Below, piece after piece: positions 1 to 8,828 of a stretch of DNA of 41,971 nucleotides (positions are counted from its first letter, which is position 1; the number at the start of each line of letters is the position of its first letter). A program made the position numbers and the translations under genes. The notes beneath the pieces are model-generated. The model had not been told where the DNA came from. It worked only from the letters and a program-made list of their open reading frames with translations, and ran no database searches. The DNA comes from a virus (Duplodnaviria; Caudoviricetes), in the IMG/VR virus record IMGVR_UViG_3300037467_000444, positions 1 to 41,971 of that record; one strand, 5' to 3'.

Positions 1-227
1 CTGGCAACTACGGCACCGCCACGGCTGGCTACAAAGGCACCGCCACGGCTGGCTACAAAGGCACCGCCACGGCTGGCAACTACGGCACCGCCACGGCTGG
101 CTACAAAGGCACCGCCACGGCTGGCTACAAAGGCACCGCCACGGCTGGCAACTACGGCACCGCCACGGCTGGCTACAAAGGCACCGCCACGGCTGGCAAC
201 TACGGCACCGCCACGGCTGGCGACGAA
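1..227 (+). repeat. 24-bp coding tandem repeat GGCACCGCCACGGCTGGC-[TACAAA|AACTAC], last unit GACGAA
   Basis: Unit order NY(partial),YK,YK,NY,YK,YK,NY,YK,NY,DE read directly. Confidence 0.98.
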
Positions 228-383
228 GGCGAAATCCGCATTCGCTATTGGGACACTAAGGCCAACCGCTACCGCACGAAGGTTGGCTATATCGGTGAAG
301 ACGGTCTTGAGCCGAATATCGCCTACCGCCTTGATGACCAACACAAGTTCGTATCTGTCGCGGAAGAAGCAAAAGCCGCGTAA
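1..383 (+). CDS. 3' part of ice-nucleation-protein-like repeat protein (continues from 41411)
   Basis: Frame from base 3: GNY(GTATAGYK/NY)n GTATAGDEGEIRIRYWDTKANRYRTKVGYIGEDGLEPNIAYRLDDQHKFVSVAEEAKAA, TAA at 381-383; C-terminus resembles the InaZ C-domain as recalled (WDGKRY...GENGVEADIPY). Missed by the ORF track because it is split. Confidence 0.85.
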   Translation, partial: GNYGTATAGYKGTATAGYKGTATAGNYGTATAGYKGTATAGYKGTATAGNYGTATAGYKGTATAGNYGTATAGDEGEIRIRYWDTKANRYRTKVGYIGEDGLEPNIAYRLDDQHKFVSVAEEAKAA

Positions 384-403
384 CCGAGTAGCAGAGGCCC
401 ACC

Positions 404-748
404 ATGACCGACGACGCATTCCAATCCTACGTAGACAAGCGCACTCCCCTTCGCGCTGCTGAGATTCGCGCAAAGCTGGCTGCAGGCGACAAGGAGCTGA
501 CAGCACAGATGGATGACGCAATCGGCGCCCTTCTGTTCGACAGCGCGCAATGGGCTGGCCTGATCCAGGCCACGGCACGCGGCGAGAACGCATTTGCAAA
601 GGTGCTCGACAAGGCGATTGAGGACGCTGCGGAAGTCCTGGCACTCAAGGACGCCGAAGCCGCCGAGCACGACCACGAGAACGAGCGCGCAGCGTACCAG
701 TTCGATATGGCGCGGCTGTTTCCTAGCTTCGCAGGTGCACCGATGTGA
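404..748 (+). CDS. Hypothetical protein (early left operon)
   Basis: 114-aa ORF, GAGG RBS, co-oriented with the operon. Confidence 0.75.
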   Translation: MTDDAFQSYVDKRTPLRAAEIRAKLAAGDKELTAQMDDAIGALLFDSAQWAGLIQATARGENAFAKVLDKAIEDAAEVLALKDAEAAEHDHENERAAYQFDMARLFPSFAGAPM

Positions 749-859
749 CACCAAGAAAACGGAGCGCGGCGCTCCACAGCACAATCCGCCGCTTGCCAAT
801 GCCTCGGGTCAGAAGTAGAGGACTGGTCCCGCAGAACGGGCGTAGCACCTACGAGAGCG

Positions 860-983
860 TGAGCAGCCTGGAGAGACAGGCACCACAAGCGAGCCGATTG
901 TTCTTCATCCTGCGACCGTTGGCAGGGTGCGGAGGCGGTAACGGCGCGAACGGTTAGATCCGGTCAGTCGGCTCACTTGTGGT
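860..983 (+). ncRNA. Structured RNA element: GCCTG-GAGAGA-CAGGC hairpin followed by a 19-bp long stem (RNase III-like)
   Basis: 882-900 pairs with 965-983 (one C.A mismatch); related elements at 33351-33471(-) and 41209-41328. Confidence 0.6.
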
Positions 984-1000
984 TCTAAGCGGAGGAACAA

Positions 1001-1195
1001 ATGAAGCGAGCACAGCGCGCAGCCATGCGGCAGAAGGCACGCAGCAAGTGGGACGGATTGATGCTTGACGATGCCGACGAGTTCCAAGAAGCGGTTGAGT
1101 GGCAAGAGGGCCGAATGAGCACGTGGAACCCGACGCCAGCAGAAACAGGAAACACACCCGAGTACTTCGCAGCGAATCCGTCGCTGCCCTTCTAA
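1001..1195 (+). CDS. Small protein with Arg/Lys-rich N-terminus and ...SLPF C-terminus
   Basis: GGAGG RBS; 64 aa. Confidence 0.7.
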   Translation: MKRAQRAAMRQKARSKWDGLMLDDADEFQEAVEWQEGRMSTWNPTPAETGNTPEYFAANPSLPF

Positions 1196-1208
1196 CAAGG
1201 ATAAGAAC

Positions 1209-1835
1209 ATGAGTCAGATCGCACCCGCGTTCATCAAGGCCAAGAGGGCGTTTGCGCCGGCTATGAAGGACAAGACCAACCCCGCCTTCCGCAGCAAGTA
1301 CGCCGACCTTGGCGCGTGCCTGGAGGCTGTCGAAGATGCTCTGCTGGAGAACGGGATCGCGCTGTATCAGGAGACCTCGGAAGATCCGACCGGCGTCACG
1401 GTCGAAACCGTTCTGCTGCATGAATCGGGCGAAACCATCCGTGGTGGCAAGCTACACGTTCCGGCAGCCAAGCAAGACCCGCAGGGCTACGGCTCTGCCC
1501 TCACCTACGCCCGTCGCTACTCGCTGATGGCCGCATGTGGCATCGCACCGGAGGACGACGACGGCAACGCGGCAAGCAAGCCCCAGGCGCAAGCAGCTCG
1601 CCCCGCAGCGAAACCCGCTGCCAAGCCGACCGCAGCACCGGCAGCGATCCCCGGCCTGACCGATGAACAAATGGACGATGTGATTCTGGCGATGGTGGAA
1701 AGCACCACCGTGCCGGAACTGCAAAAGGTGTTTGGCGACGCGTACAAGAAGTGCGCGCCAGGCCAGCAAGCCAAGCTGAAAACGGCTTACGACGAAATCA
1801 AGACCAACCTCATTAACGCAGGAGCACCCGTATGA
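1209..1835 (+). CDS. erf: ERF-family single-strand annealing recombinase
   Basis: NPAFRSKYADL and QGYGSALTYARRYSL...EDDDG ERF motifs. Confidence 0.93.
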   Translation: MSQIAPAFIKAKRAFAPAMKDKTNPAFRSKYADLGACLEAVEDALLENGIALYQETSEDPTGVTVETVLLHESGETIRGGKLHVPAAKQDPQGYGSALTYARRYSLMAACGIAPEDDDGNAASKPQAQAARPAAKPAAKPTAAPAAIPGLTDEQMDDVILAMVESTTVPELQKVFGDAYKKCAPGQQAKLKTAYDEIKTNLINAGAPV

Positions 1836-2191
1836 ACCGCATCACCTTCACTGGCCGACTGGCTGCCGACGCTGAACTCCGCCACGCACCCACCGGGACC
1901 GCAGTCCTCAACTTCCGCGTTGCCTCTGACGTTGGCTTCGGAGACAAAAAGTCTACCAACTGGTTTGCCTGCGCGATCTTCAACAAGCGCGCGGAAAGCC
2001 TTGCTCCGCACCTTAAGAAAGGCCAGGAAGTAACCATCTTCGGCCAACTCACTCTGCGCGAGTACACGAACCGCGACGGCGTGAAGCAGATCAGCCCCGA
2101 TGTGTTCGTGGATGACATTCAGATGCACGGCGGGAAGCAGCAGGCAGCAGCGCCCGCACTGTCGAACGAAGACTCTGAAATTCCGTTCTGA
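1832..2191 (+). CDS. ssb: Single-stranded DNA-binding protein
   Basis: MNRITFTGRL..DAELR OB-fold start, LKKGQEV, acidic EDSEIPF tail. Confidence 0.95.
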   Translation: MNRITFTGRLAADAELRHAPTGTAVLNFRVASDVGFGDKKSTNWFACAIFNKRAESLAPHLKKGQEVTIFGQLTLREYTNRDGVKQISPDVFVDDIQMHGGKQQAAAPALSNEDSEIPF

Positions 2192-2230
2192 CCTGACCAC
2201 GGAGGCGCGGTCTAGGGCCGCGTAGCAAGC

Positions 2231-2530
2231 ATGATCGACCTTACCCAAATAGCACCAGAAACCATCATCGCACGCGGCGAATATGCGACCGTCCGTGGCG
2301 CTCACGAGGACGCGAAGCGCAATCTCGCCATTCTCTGTGGTCAACTGAGCGGCGCAACGGGTCAAGTTCTGCGCCAGATGCAGCCAGGCGAAGATGCCGT
2401 GCCAGAAAGCGTGGAAAGCCTGTTGGCCGGCGCTCGCTCCACCTTGGACCAGATCGAGGCCACGGTGCAGCAGATTGAATCGCTGGCACGTCAGCGCGCC
2501 GAGTTGAAGCAAGCCGCTTGGGGGCGCTGA
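2231..2530 (+). CDS. Hypothetical helical protein
   Basis: 99-aa ORF in operon. Confidence 0.7.
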   Translation: MIDLTQIAPETIIARGEYATVRGAHEDAKRNLAILCGQLSGATGQVLRQMQPGEDAVPESVESLLAGARSTLDQIEATVQQIESLARQRAELKQAAWGR

Positions 2531-2533
2531 CGG

Positions 2534-2974
2534 ATGAAGCTCTGCTCTCGCGATAACTGCAAACGCCCTGTCAAGGCGCGCGGCATGTGCGATTCGCACT
2601 ACAACACATGGCACCGCAAGTTGACCACCAAACTAGGCTTCACTGACAGCAAGGATGCAATCTTGTCCGCGATGCCGGGGACGAAGCCAGAGATAGCCGC
2701 AAAGCTCCGCATGCAATACCAGACCGTGCGACTCGCGATTCAGAAGATGCATTTGGCCGGCGAGTGCCACATCGAGGACGAGCAGCCGACCGAGCACAAG
2801 CGCGGAAGCCGCTATCTGGCGATCTACGCAGCAGGACCGGGCCAGGATCGCGTTATGTCGAGGCAGGCAAAGACGCACCACAGCAGGACATTGCGCGCGG
2901 AATACCTGCGTCTCCGTCATGTGGGCAAGCGAACCGACCCGCTCGTTGCTGCTCTGTTCGGGGTACGTGCATGA
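2534..2974 (+). CDS. Zn-finger plus HTH-like protein ending DPLVAALFG
   Basis: CSRDNC..RGMCDSHY motif; TKPEIAAKLRMQYQTVRLAIQKM HTH-like segment. Confidence 0.7.
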   Translation: MKLCSRDNCKRPVKARGMCDSHYNTWHRKLTTKLGFTDSKDAILSAMPGTKPEIAAKLRMQYQTVRLAIQKMHLAGECHIEDEQPTEHKRGSRYLAIYAAGPGQDRVMSRQAKTHHSRTLRAEYLRLRHVGKRTDPLVAALFGVRA

Positions 2975-3348
2975 CAGATCGCCGCATGTTCCGCATCACA
3001 GCAACAAACCGTCGTCACGTAGCAGAGCAAGTAGCGAATCTTCCAGAGGGGTTCGTCATCAAGGCAGGACCGCCGACGCGAAGCTTAGAAAGTAATGCGG
3101 CAATGTGGGCGATGTTGGCCGACATCAGCGAACAGGTCGTGTGGCACGGAAGGAAGCTGGACACGACGAGCTGGAAGCATGTTTTTACCTCGTCGCTCAA
3201 GAAGCAAGATGTAGTGCCTGGACTGGATGGCGGCTTCGTAGTGCTGGGCCAGTCAACCAGTGCAATGAGCAAGCAAGAAATGAGTGACTTGCTGGAGTTG
3301 ATGGCCGCATTCGGCGCACAGCAAGGCGTGCAGTTCAAACAAAACTAG
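2971..3348 (+). CDS. ninB: NinB/Orf-family recombination mediator
   Basis: RSLESNAAMWAMLADISEQVVWHG...VPGLDGGFVVLGQSTSAMS; start moved to ATG 2971 (ATGA overlap). Confidence 0.9.
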   Translation: MTDRRMFRITATNRRHVAEQVANLPEGFVIKAGPPTRSLESNAAMWAMLADISEQVVWHGRKLDTTSWKHVFTSSLKKQDVVPGLDGGFVVLGQSTSAMSKQEMSDLLELMAAFGAQQGVQFKQN

Positions 3349-3357
3349 GGGGATGGA

Positions 3358-3714
3358 ATGGAAGTCATCATTGATGGGATCAAGTATCAGCCGGCGCCCG
3401 AGGTATGCGCGGATGCAGGCCCACTTGAGGTGCGTCTGTACGTCGATGACCTCGACCAAGAGGTAAGCCTGCGCGAGTACTTTTGCGCAATGCTGACCAA
3501 GCTTTGGGCTGAAGGCGAAGGGTTCAGCGGCAAGCGACCATTCGGCAACAGCGGTTGGGAATACGACGTTTACAGGTTCCTTGTCGCCTCGGGCGCAGTG
3601 GCGGGCACTCTCGATGAGGAGGGCAATGTCGAACAGTTTGACAGGGACGCCGCAAACGAGCTGACCTTTGGCCTGATTGGCGCCGCCTTCGGACTCACTG
3701 GAGCATCCAAATGA
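3358..3714 (+). CDS. Hypothetical phage protein
   Basis: 118-aa ORF with RBS; WAEGEGFSGKRPFGNSGWE motif. Confidence 0.75.
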   Translation: MEVIIDGIKYQPAPEVCADAGPLEVRLYVDDLDQEVSLREYFCAMLTKLWAEGEGFSGKRPFGNSGWEYDVYRFLVASGAVAGTLDEEGNVEQFDRDAANELTFGLIGAAFGLTGASK

Positions 3715-3842
3715 TCCGCCGCGCCACCTCTGCCCTTCTCCGCCTGGCCGACTGGTACGCCGAGCAGAACGAAGCACTGTACCTCGCTGCAGTTGGGGCA
3801 CTGAGCCTTCTCGTGATGGCTTGTTTTGGAGATAAAGCATGA
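3711..3842 (+). CDS. Small membrane protein (43 aa)
   Basis: MIRRATSALLRLADWYAEQNEALYLAAVGALSLLVMACFGDKA; ATGA overlaps on both sides; GGAG RBS. Confidence 0.65.
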   Translation: MIRRATSALLRLADWYAEQNEALYLAAVGALSLLVMACFGDKA

Positions 3843-4084
3843 GTGCACTGACCGAAAAGCTGGCCGAAGTAGCACGCAACTGGAAGCGGATGCGCATGCA
3901 AGCGCAGATCGCCCACTTCGACAACGAGATTGAAACGATCCGACAGATGCGCGCTTTCGATCACGAGTGCGAGCTGGAGATGCGAGAAGAACGCGCACGC
4001 CTCACCCGCTGCCTGCAAGTGATGAAGCAGGAAGATATTAACCGCATGACCACCGCCAATGTGCGGGCAATGGCGCAGAAGTAA
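3839..4084 (+). CDS. Hypothetical coiled-coil protein
   Basis: GGAG RBS, coupled ORF. Confidence 0.7.
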   Translation: MSALTEKLAEVARNWKRMRMQAQIAHFDNEIETIRQMRAFDHECELEMREERARLTRCLQVMKQEDINRMTTANVRAMAQK

Positions 4085-4101
4085 TCGACTACGGAGAGAA
4101 C

Positions 4102-5742
4102 ATGGACACCAAGAACAACGAACAGGGTTCGGTCGATCTGAGCGGGCTGACGCGGTATGAATTCAGCGAAGTCTACGGTGCGCTTGGTACCGTGCAGCAG
4201 GACGCAAGCGGCGAATACGTCAAGCTGGCCGATGTTCAGGCGCTTCTCGCCACCAAGGCAGCACAGCCAGCAGCAGGGCAGGTGCCGGACGCGCGTTCGC
4301 TGCACGTTGACCAAGCCGATGAGCCGCAGGTGGATGCGCACGGGCGTTATTTTTGGCGCGCGGGTTGGAATGCCTGCCGCGACGCAGTTCTTGGCCATGC
4401 TGTCCCACCAGTACCCGCAGCCGAGCAGTCGGGCACGCAGAGCATCGACACACCGGAGTTCCGCGAGTTGCTTTGTAACTACCGCAAGAACCCGAACTTC
4501 GACACGACGAAAGAGTGCGCTGCCCTGATCGACCACATCGACGCCCACCTCGCGCGCCAGGCTCAGGCTGGGGCGGTGGCCGTAACCGAGGAAATGATCG
4601 AGGCAGCGGAAGAAGTGGCCCGCGATGCTGGCTATGCCGAACCCGGCGAGTGGCCGATTAAGGACATGCTGCGCGCAGCCTTCGACGCCGCTCCCACGCT
4701 GGGCAGCACACCGCAAGCAGAGCCGGTTGCGCCCGCGATCCTCGAAGCGATTTCCTGGCACGCCCGTGAGCGCGACGACCTGACGCTGGAGGAGGCTGTT
4801 GAGGCATTCCGGCACGGCTACAAGAAGGTTCGCCAGCGTTCCGATCGCGCAATGCTGCTGCAACTTATCGACCTGATGGCATCGGCGCCGGCATCTGCCG
4901 CCCCGGTCGCGCAGGAAGGCGAGCCGAGCGCGAAGCCCGTAGGCGAAGTGAGGCTCGGTGCGCATGGCAAGCTCATCGACTGGTATAGCAGCGACCAAGA
5001 CCTGTTCGCATTGCCTGTTGGTACGAAAGTGTATCTCGCTGCCCCTAGCAGCACCGATGCCAGCGCACAGGCCGCACCCACTGACGAGAGCACGGAAAAG
5101 ATCGAGCGCCTGACGGAAACCCTTGAAACCGTGCGCAACGATTACCACGGCGTACAGCGTGCGCTCCAATTCTGGATGCCCAAGTTTGTCGATGCTGACG
5201 GCCGCCCTAAACACATTGCGGATCGCATCGGGCACGATGCGTTCTACATCACCGAAGAAATCAACGAGGCTGGCGCAGAAGAACTTGGCTGGATCACCGT
5301 AGCTGGCGCACAGGCCGCACAAGCCGATGTGAGGGGCGCGGCAGAAGATGCGGTGCGGGTCATGGAAATCGAGCTGGCTTTGTACCGTGACGCTTACGGA
5401 ACTGAGGCGCCAACCGAGGCCGCTGTTGCTGTGCTGGATGAGCGGAAGCGCCAGAAGGAAGTCGAGGGCTGGACGCAGGAACACGACGACCAGCATGGCA
5501 AGTTTTCGATGTCCTACGCTGCCGCCTGTTACGCCCTCGCGGATACCGGCGCGGTCAAGAGCGGAAATGTGAACCTGTACAAACTGTGGCAGTGGACTGG
5601 CTGGTCGTGGTTCGCATGGTGGAAGCCGAAAGATCGTCGCCGCAACCTCGTTCGCGCCGGCGCGCTGATCTTGGCCGAAATCGAACGAATTGACCGCACC
5701 CCGGCAGACGACAGCCAGCCCGCTGTGGGAGGTGCAGCGTGA
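4102..5742 (+). CDS. Mosaic hypothetical protein (lambdoid ea/ead-region type)
   Basis: 546 aa; modules joined by Ala/Pro linkers; C-terminal ERKRQ..EGWT.EHDD.H...WWKP..RRRNLVRAGALILAEIERIDR phage domain. Confidence 0.75.
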   Translation: MDTKNNEQGSVDLSGLTRYEFSEVYGALGTVQQDASGEYVKLADVQALLATKAAQPAAGQVPDARSLHVDQADEPQVDAHGRYFWRAGWNACRDAVLGHAVPPVPAAEQSGTQSIDTPEFRELLCNYRKNPNFDTTKECAALIDHIDAHLARQAQAGAVAVTEEMIEAAEEVARDAGYAEPGEWPIKDMLRAAFDAAPTLGSTPQAEPVAPAILEAISWHARERDDLTLEEAVEAFRHGYKKVRQRSDRAMLLQLIDLMASAPASAAPVAQEGEPSAKPVGEVRLGAHGKLIDWYSSDQDLFALPVGTKVYLAAPSSTDASAQAAPTDESTEKIERLTETLETVRNDYHGVQRALQFWMPKFVDADGRPKHIADRIGHDAFYITEEINEAGAEELGWITVAGAQAAQADVRGAAEDAVRVMEIELALYRDAYGTEAPTEAAVAVLDERKRQKEVEGWTQEHDDQHGKFSMSYAAACYALADTGAVKSGNVNLYKLWQWTGWSWFAWWKPKDRRRNLVRAGALILAEIERIDRTPADDSQPAVGGAA

Positions 5743-5969
5743 GCAACATTGCTAACCGCCGAGCCTACCTGACCGCATCGCACATTCTTGCGACCAGCAT
5801 GCAGCCAACGGAAGAAATGATTCTGGAGGCGTGCCAAACGCTCGCAGCCGTGCTGTCCGACCTGTCTGACGATCCGGTGCACATCATTCCTCTTTCATCC
5901 GAGGATGTGTACGTTCTGGCTGATAAATCCCCCTCTCAGGACAGCCAGAAAGTGGGCGGCGATGAGTGA
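5739..5969 (+). CDS. Hypothetical protein
   Basis: GTGA overlap, GGAGG RBS. Confidence 0.65.
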   Translation: MSNIANRRAYLTASHILATSMQPTEEMILEACQTLAAVLSDLSDDPVHIIPLSSEDVYVLADKSPSQDSQKVGGDE

Positions 5970-6153
5970 TGGCGTCCTCGAAATGCAGCCAAATTGCCGT
6001 GCATGCGCCGCGCCGTTGACGCTGGCCGAAATGCACTACCTCGACCATGGCGACGGCACGGCAACGTGCAACGAGTGCGAAACGAAATGGATGGAAGCCT
6101 GCCGCGAGTGGCAATCCTCCAACGACAACAAACCGATGCCAAAGCGGCCTTGA
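5962..6153 (+). CDS. Small Zn-finger protein
   Basis: CRAC...CNEC; ATG at 5962. Confidence 0.6.
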   Translation: MSDGVLEMQPNCRACAAPLTLAEMHYLDHGDGTATCNECETKWMEACREWQSSNDNKPMPKRP

Positions 6154-6162
6154 AGGACAACC

Positions 6163-7416
6163 ATGACCAACACTACCCAACCGGACAGCAGCGCAACGAG
6201 CGGCGTTATGGACAAGCTGCATGCGCGGATTAAGGAAATGCAAGAGGCCGCTTACACGTACGGCGAGTACAGCCAGGATGCGGTAAGGACAGCACTCGAC
6301 GGTGTGCTTGATGTGCTCGAGGAATTATTACCTGCAAAGCTGGTCTGCAATCCGTCGCCTCGCTCGTGGGTATCGGACCAGTTTGCACCGCAAGCGGCCA
6401 CCACGGAGCAGGCCGGGCAGTGGGTCCGCTGTACGCCGAACCTGATCCTTGCAGGCGTGGATTGCGCCAAGACGCCCCGCCGCGACGGTGACGGTACGTA
6501 CTCACACGATCACTTCATCAGCCATGCATCCCCTGCGGCCACCACGGCAAGCGCGAGCGAACGCGATGAGAAGATAACCAAGTTGATTGCAGAAATCCGC
6601 GAGGCCAAATCTCTCGCCCGTCGGGACTTCCTGTTCGATCAAATCATCGACGTTTGGGAGTCAGCACCCAGCCGTGAGGCTGCACCTGTCGACAAGGCGG
6701 CAGATGACGCGATGTGGAACCTGCTGGAGTTCTACCAGCACGACGCCAAGGGCCGCGCCGTAATTGAGGAATGCCGCGAAGCTGTGCGCGCCGCCCTTGC
6801 TGGCCGGGAGGCTGCACCGCTGGATGAGCGGGGGCTGTTTGAAGAATGGGCGAAGCGAAAGGGGCACGATGTTGTATCCCGATTGGAAACGGGCGGCAAA
6901 TTTTACGTCAGCAGCTTCACACGCCATGCATGGGACATCTGGCAGGCTCGCGCCGCACTTGCCCAACCAGCAGCGCCTGTAGTGGACGGGGAGCTGCCGC
7001 CGCTGAGTGACGAGCAGATCGTGCAACTGTTCAATCGTGTACAGGGCCGGTGGTCGAACTTTGGTGGTCCGTTGAACGCGGTCCTGAAATTCGCGCGTGA
7101 AATCGAGGTCGCATGTGTCGCCTCCGCTCGCAGAGCACCAGTGGGCGTGCCTTACGGTTACGCGGTTGAGGCTGCTGACGGCCACGTTACTTTCTTCAAA
7201 ACCGATCCGACCGGGTTTCGTGGCAAGCCATACGGCCACGATCAAACGTGGGCGTCACTCGGCGTGAAGGTGCACGACCTGTACGCCGCCCCATCGCACC
7301 CCGAGCCAGCAGGCGGGCGCGAACAAGGACCGAAAACGGCTGAAACCCGCATGGATACTGGCTTTGGCGCTGGGCGCGAACAGGCCGAGCCAGCAGGCGG
7401 GAAGGAAGGTGCGTGA
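6163..7416 (+). CDS. Mosaic hypothetical protein
   Basis: 417 aa, AAGGA RBS, Ala/Pro linkers. Confidence 0.75.
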   Translation: MTNTTQPDSSATSGVMDKLHARIKEMQEAAYTYGEYSQDAVRTALDGVLDVLEELLPAKLVCNPSPRSWVSDQFAPQAATTEQAGQWVRCTPNLILAGVDCAKTPRRDGDGTYSHDHFISHASPAATTASASERDEKITKLIAEIREAKSLARRDFLFDQIIDVWESAPSREAAPVDKAADDAMWNLLEFYQHDAKGRAVIEECREAVRAALAGREAAPLDERGLFEEWAKRKGHDVVSRLETGGKFYVSSFTRHAWDIWQARAALAQPAAPVVDGELPPLSDEQIVQLFNRVQGRWSNFGGPLNAVLKFAREIEVACVASARRAPVGVPYGYAVEAADGHVTFFKTDPTGFRGKPYGHDQTWASLGVKVHDLYAAPSHPEPAGGREQGPKTAETRMDTGFGAGREQAEPAGGKEGA

Positions 7417-7700
7417 TGGCTGTTGACCTGAACAAACTCAGCCGACAGGCGCTTGCCGCCGCGATGAAGGGCGGCACGGCTGGTTGGGGCCAAGTTGCAT
7501 CATCGACAGAGCATGTTCGCTACAGCGAGCCTCTGCCGAAACGCAGAGGGCGGCGCAGGCGCTGCTACTGCGGATGCGGGAAGCCGGTCACGCACGCCGG
7601 AAGGGCGAACGGCATCACACTGACCTGCGCCTGCGAGCTTGGGATCGCACGCTGGGTCCGAACGGGCAACGTACAGGCAGGCAGGAAGGAGCAGGCATGA
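7413..7700 (+). CDS. Hypothetical basic Cys-containing protein
   Basis: RRRRCYCGC motif; coupled ORF. Confidence 0.65.
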   Translation: MMAVDLNKLSRQALAAAMKGGTAGWGQVASSTEHVRYSEPLPKRRGRRRRCYCGCGKPVTHAGRANGITLTCACELGIARWVRTGNVQAGRKEQA

Positions 7701-8410
7701 GCGCGCTCGACATCGAAAAGGAGCGGCTCAGAGTCGTTCAAACGGGTGCGGCAGAGCACGGCAACGTCGCGCAAGTCATCGAAACCGAAAGCGGCACGAT
7801 GCTAGTCTATGGCGTGAACGGGCCTGATAGTGCGGGAACCGCGCGCCGGATGGTCAAGTGTTGGAATGCGTTCATCGGTGTGCCAACCGCTGATATCGCC
7901 AAGCGCGCCACCCAGCCCGCACCCATTCCAGTGCAAGCGGGGGAGGCGCAGGGCCAGCAAGAGCACGTAATGCCGCCCTTCGCGGCACGCGCTTGGCAAC
8001 ACGATGCGGACTTAGTGGCGCTAGCTAACGATGTATTGATGATGGTTCCGGCGCACGGTCGCGGTAGCTTTGGAAAGCAGTCGGACTTTGACCACTATGT
8101 CGAAGGCCACGAGCACGCACGTATCGCAGCCAAGGATCGAATCCTTGAGTTTGGCAGCCGGTGCCGTGTGCAAGGCGGCAATACACAGCCCGAAAGCGGT
8201 TGCGCCGCGATCAAAGCAGGCGGGCAAGTTGGGGAGGATGGGGAGATTACCGACGTAATGGCCGATGCCGGCGCGCAGGTGCTGTACTGCCACAGCCGCG
8301 CCGAGGCCACCGAGTGGGCGAAGGAGGACAAGTTCGACTCGTGCGCCGATCAGGCCCGCGAAGTGTACAAGGCGATACGCGCCGCTATCACAGCCAAGGA
8401 AACTAAATGA
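7697..8410 (+). CDS. Hypothetical mosaic protein
   Basis: ATG 7697 with AAGGAG RBS and ATGA overlap (shorter than the ORF-track call). Confidence 0.7.
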   Translation: MSALDIEKERLRVVQTGAAEHGNVAQVIETESGTMLVYGVNGPDSAGTARRMVKCWNAFIGVPTADIAKRATQPAPIPVQAGEAQGQQEHVMPPFAARAWQHDADLVALANDVLMMVPAHGRGSFGKQSDFDHYVEGHEHARIAAKDRILEFGSRCRVQGGNTQPESGCAAIKAGGQVGEDGEITDVMADAGAQVLYCHSRAEATEWAKEDKFDSCADQAREVYKAIRAAITAKETK

Positions 8411-8553
8411 GCGGGAAAGGTGACACCCCACGGCCTTTCGATGTGCCGTACGAGCAGTACGAGGCCAACCATGAAGCAATCTTCGGCAAGCGTGAGCGTA
8501 GGCAGTACGTGCCGCCGCCCCTGCCGAAGCAGGAAGATGAGAAGGAGGATTGA
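8407..8553 (+). CDS. Small phage protein (48 aa)
   Basis: MSGKGDTPRPFDVPYEQYEANHEAIFGK...; ATGA overlap, AAGGA RBS; below the ORF-track cutoff. Confidence 0.7.
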   Translation: MSGKGDTPRPFDVPYEQYEANHEAIFGKRERRQYVPPPLPKQEDEKED

Positions 8554-8555
8554 CT

Positions 8556-8828
8556 GTGAGCGAGTTGAACAGGCAGCAGATTTGCGCCGCATTAGGCGTC
8601 AGCGAGTCAACGATACGGAGGCTTGAGCAGGTTGGGCTACCATATACGCCGGTTGGACGGCGAGCCAAGCGCTACGACCTCCAAGAATGCAAGAAGTGGC
8701 TAAAGGATAACCAGCAATGTCAATTTGGGACGACAAACAAGGCCGTAAGCACGTCGGAGTTATGGTCGATGGCAAGAGAATTCACCGAATCTTGCCGAAA
8801 GGTACAACTCAGGGTGAAGCCAAGTTAA
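8556..8828 (+). CDS. xis: Excisionase-like HTH protein
   Basis: LNRQQICAALGVSESTIRRL...GLPY...RYDL winged-HTH; AAGGAGG RBS before GTG; overlaps int by 112 bp. Confidence 0.75.
   Translation: MSELNRQQICAALGVSESTIRRLEQVGLPYTPVGRRAKRYDLQECKKWLKDNQQCQFGTTNKAVSTSELWSMAREFTESCRKVQLRVKPS

Noticed and set aside
1-227. CRISPR-like array
   Set aside because: The variable part is only 6 bp with two states, the array is in-frame coding, and no cas genes are present
745-957. 70-aa ORF
   Set aside because: Lies over the structured RNA region and has no protein-like features; cannot be fully excluded given the GTGA overlap
3961-5496. 511-aa minus-strand ORF
   Set aside because: Antisense shadow of a GC-rich coupled plus-strand gene; no motifs
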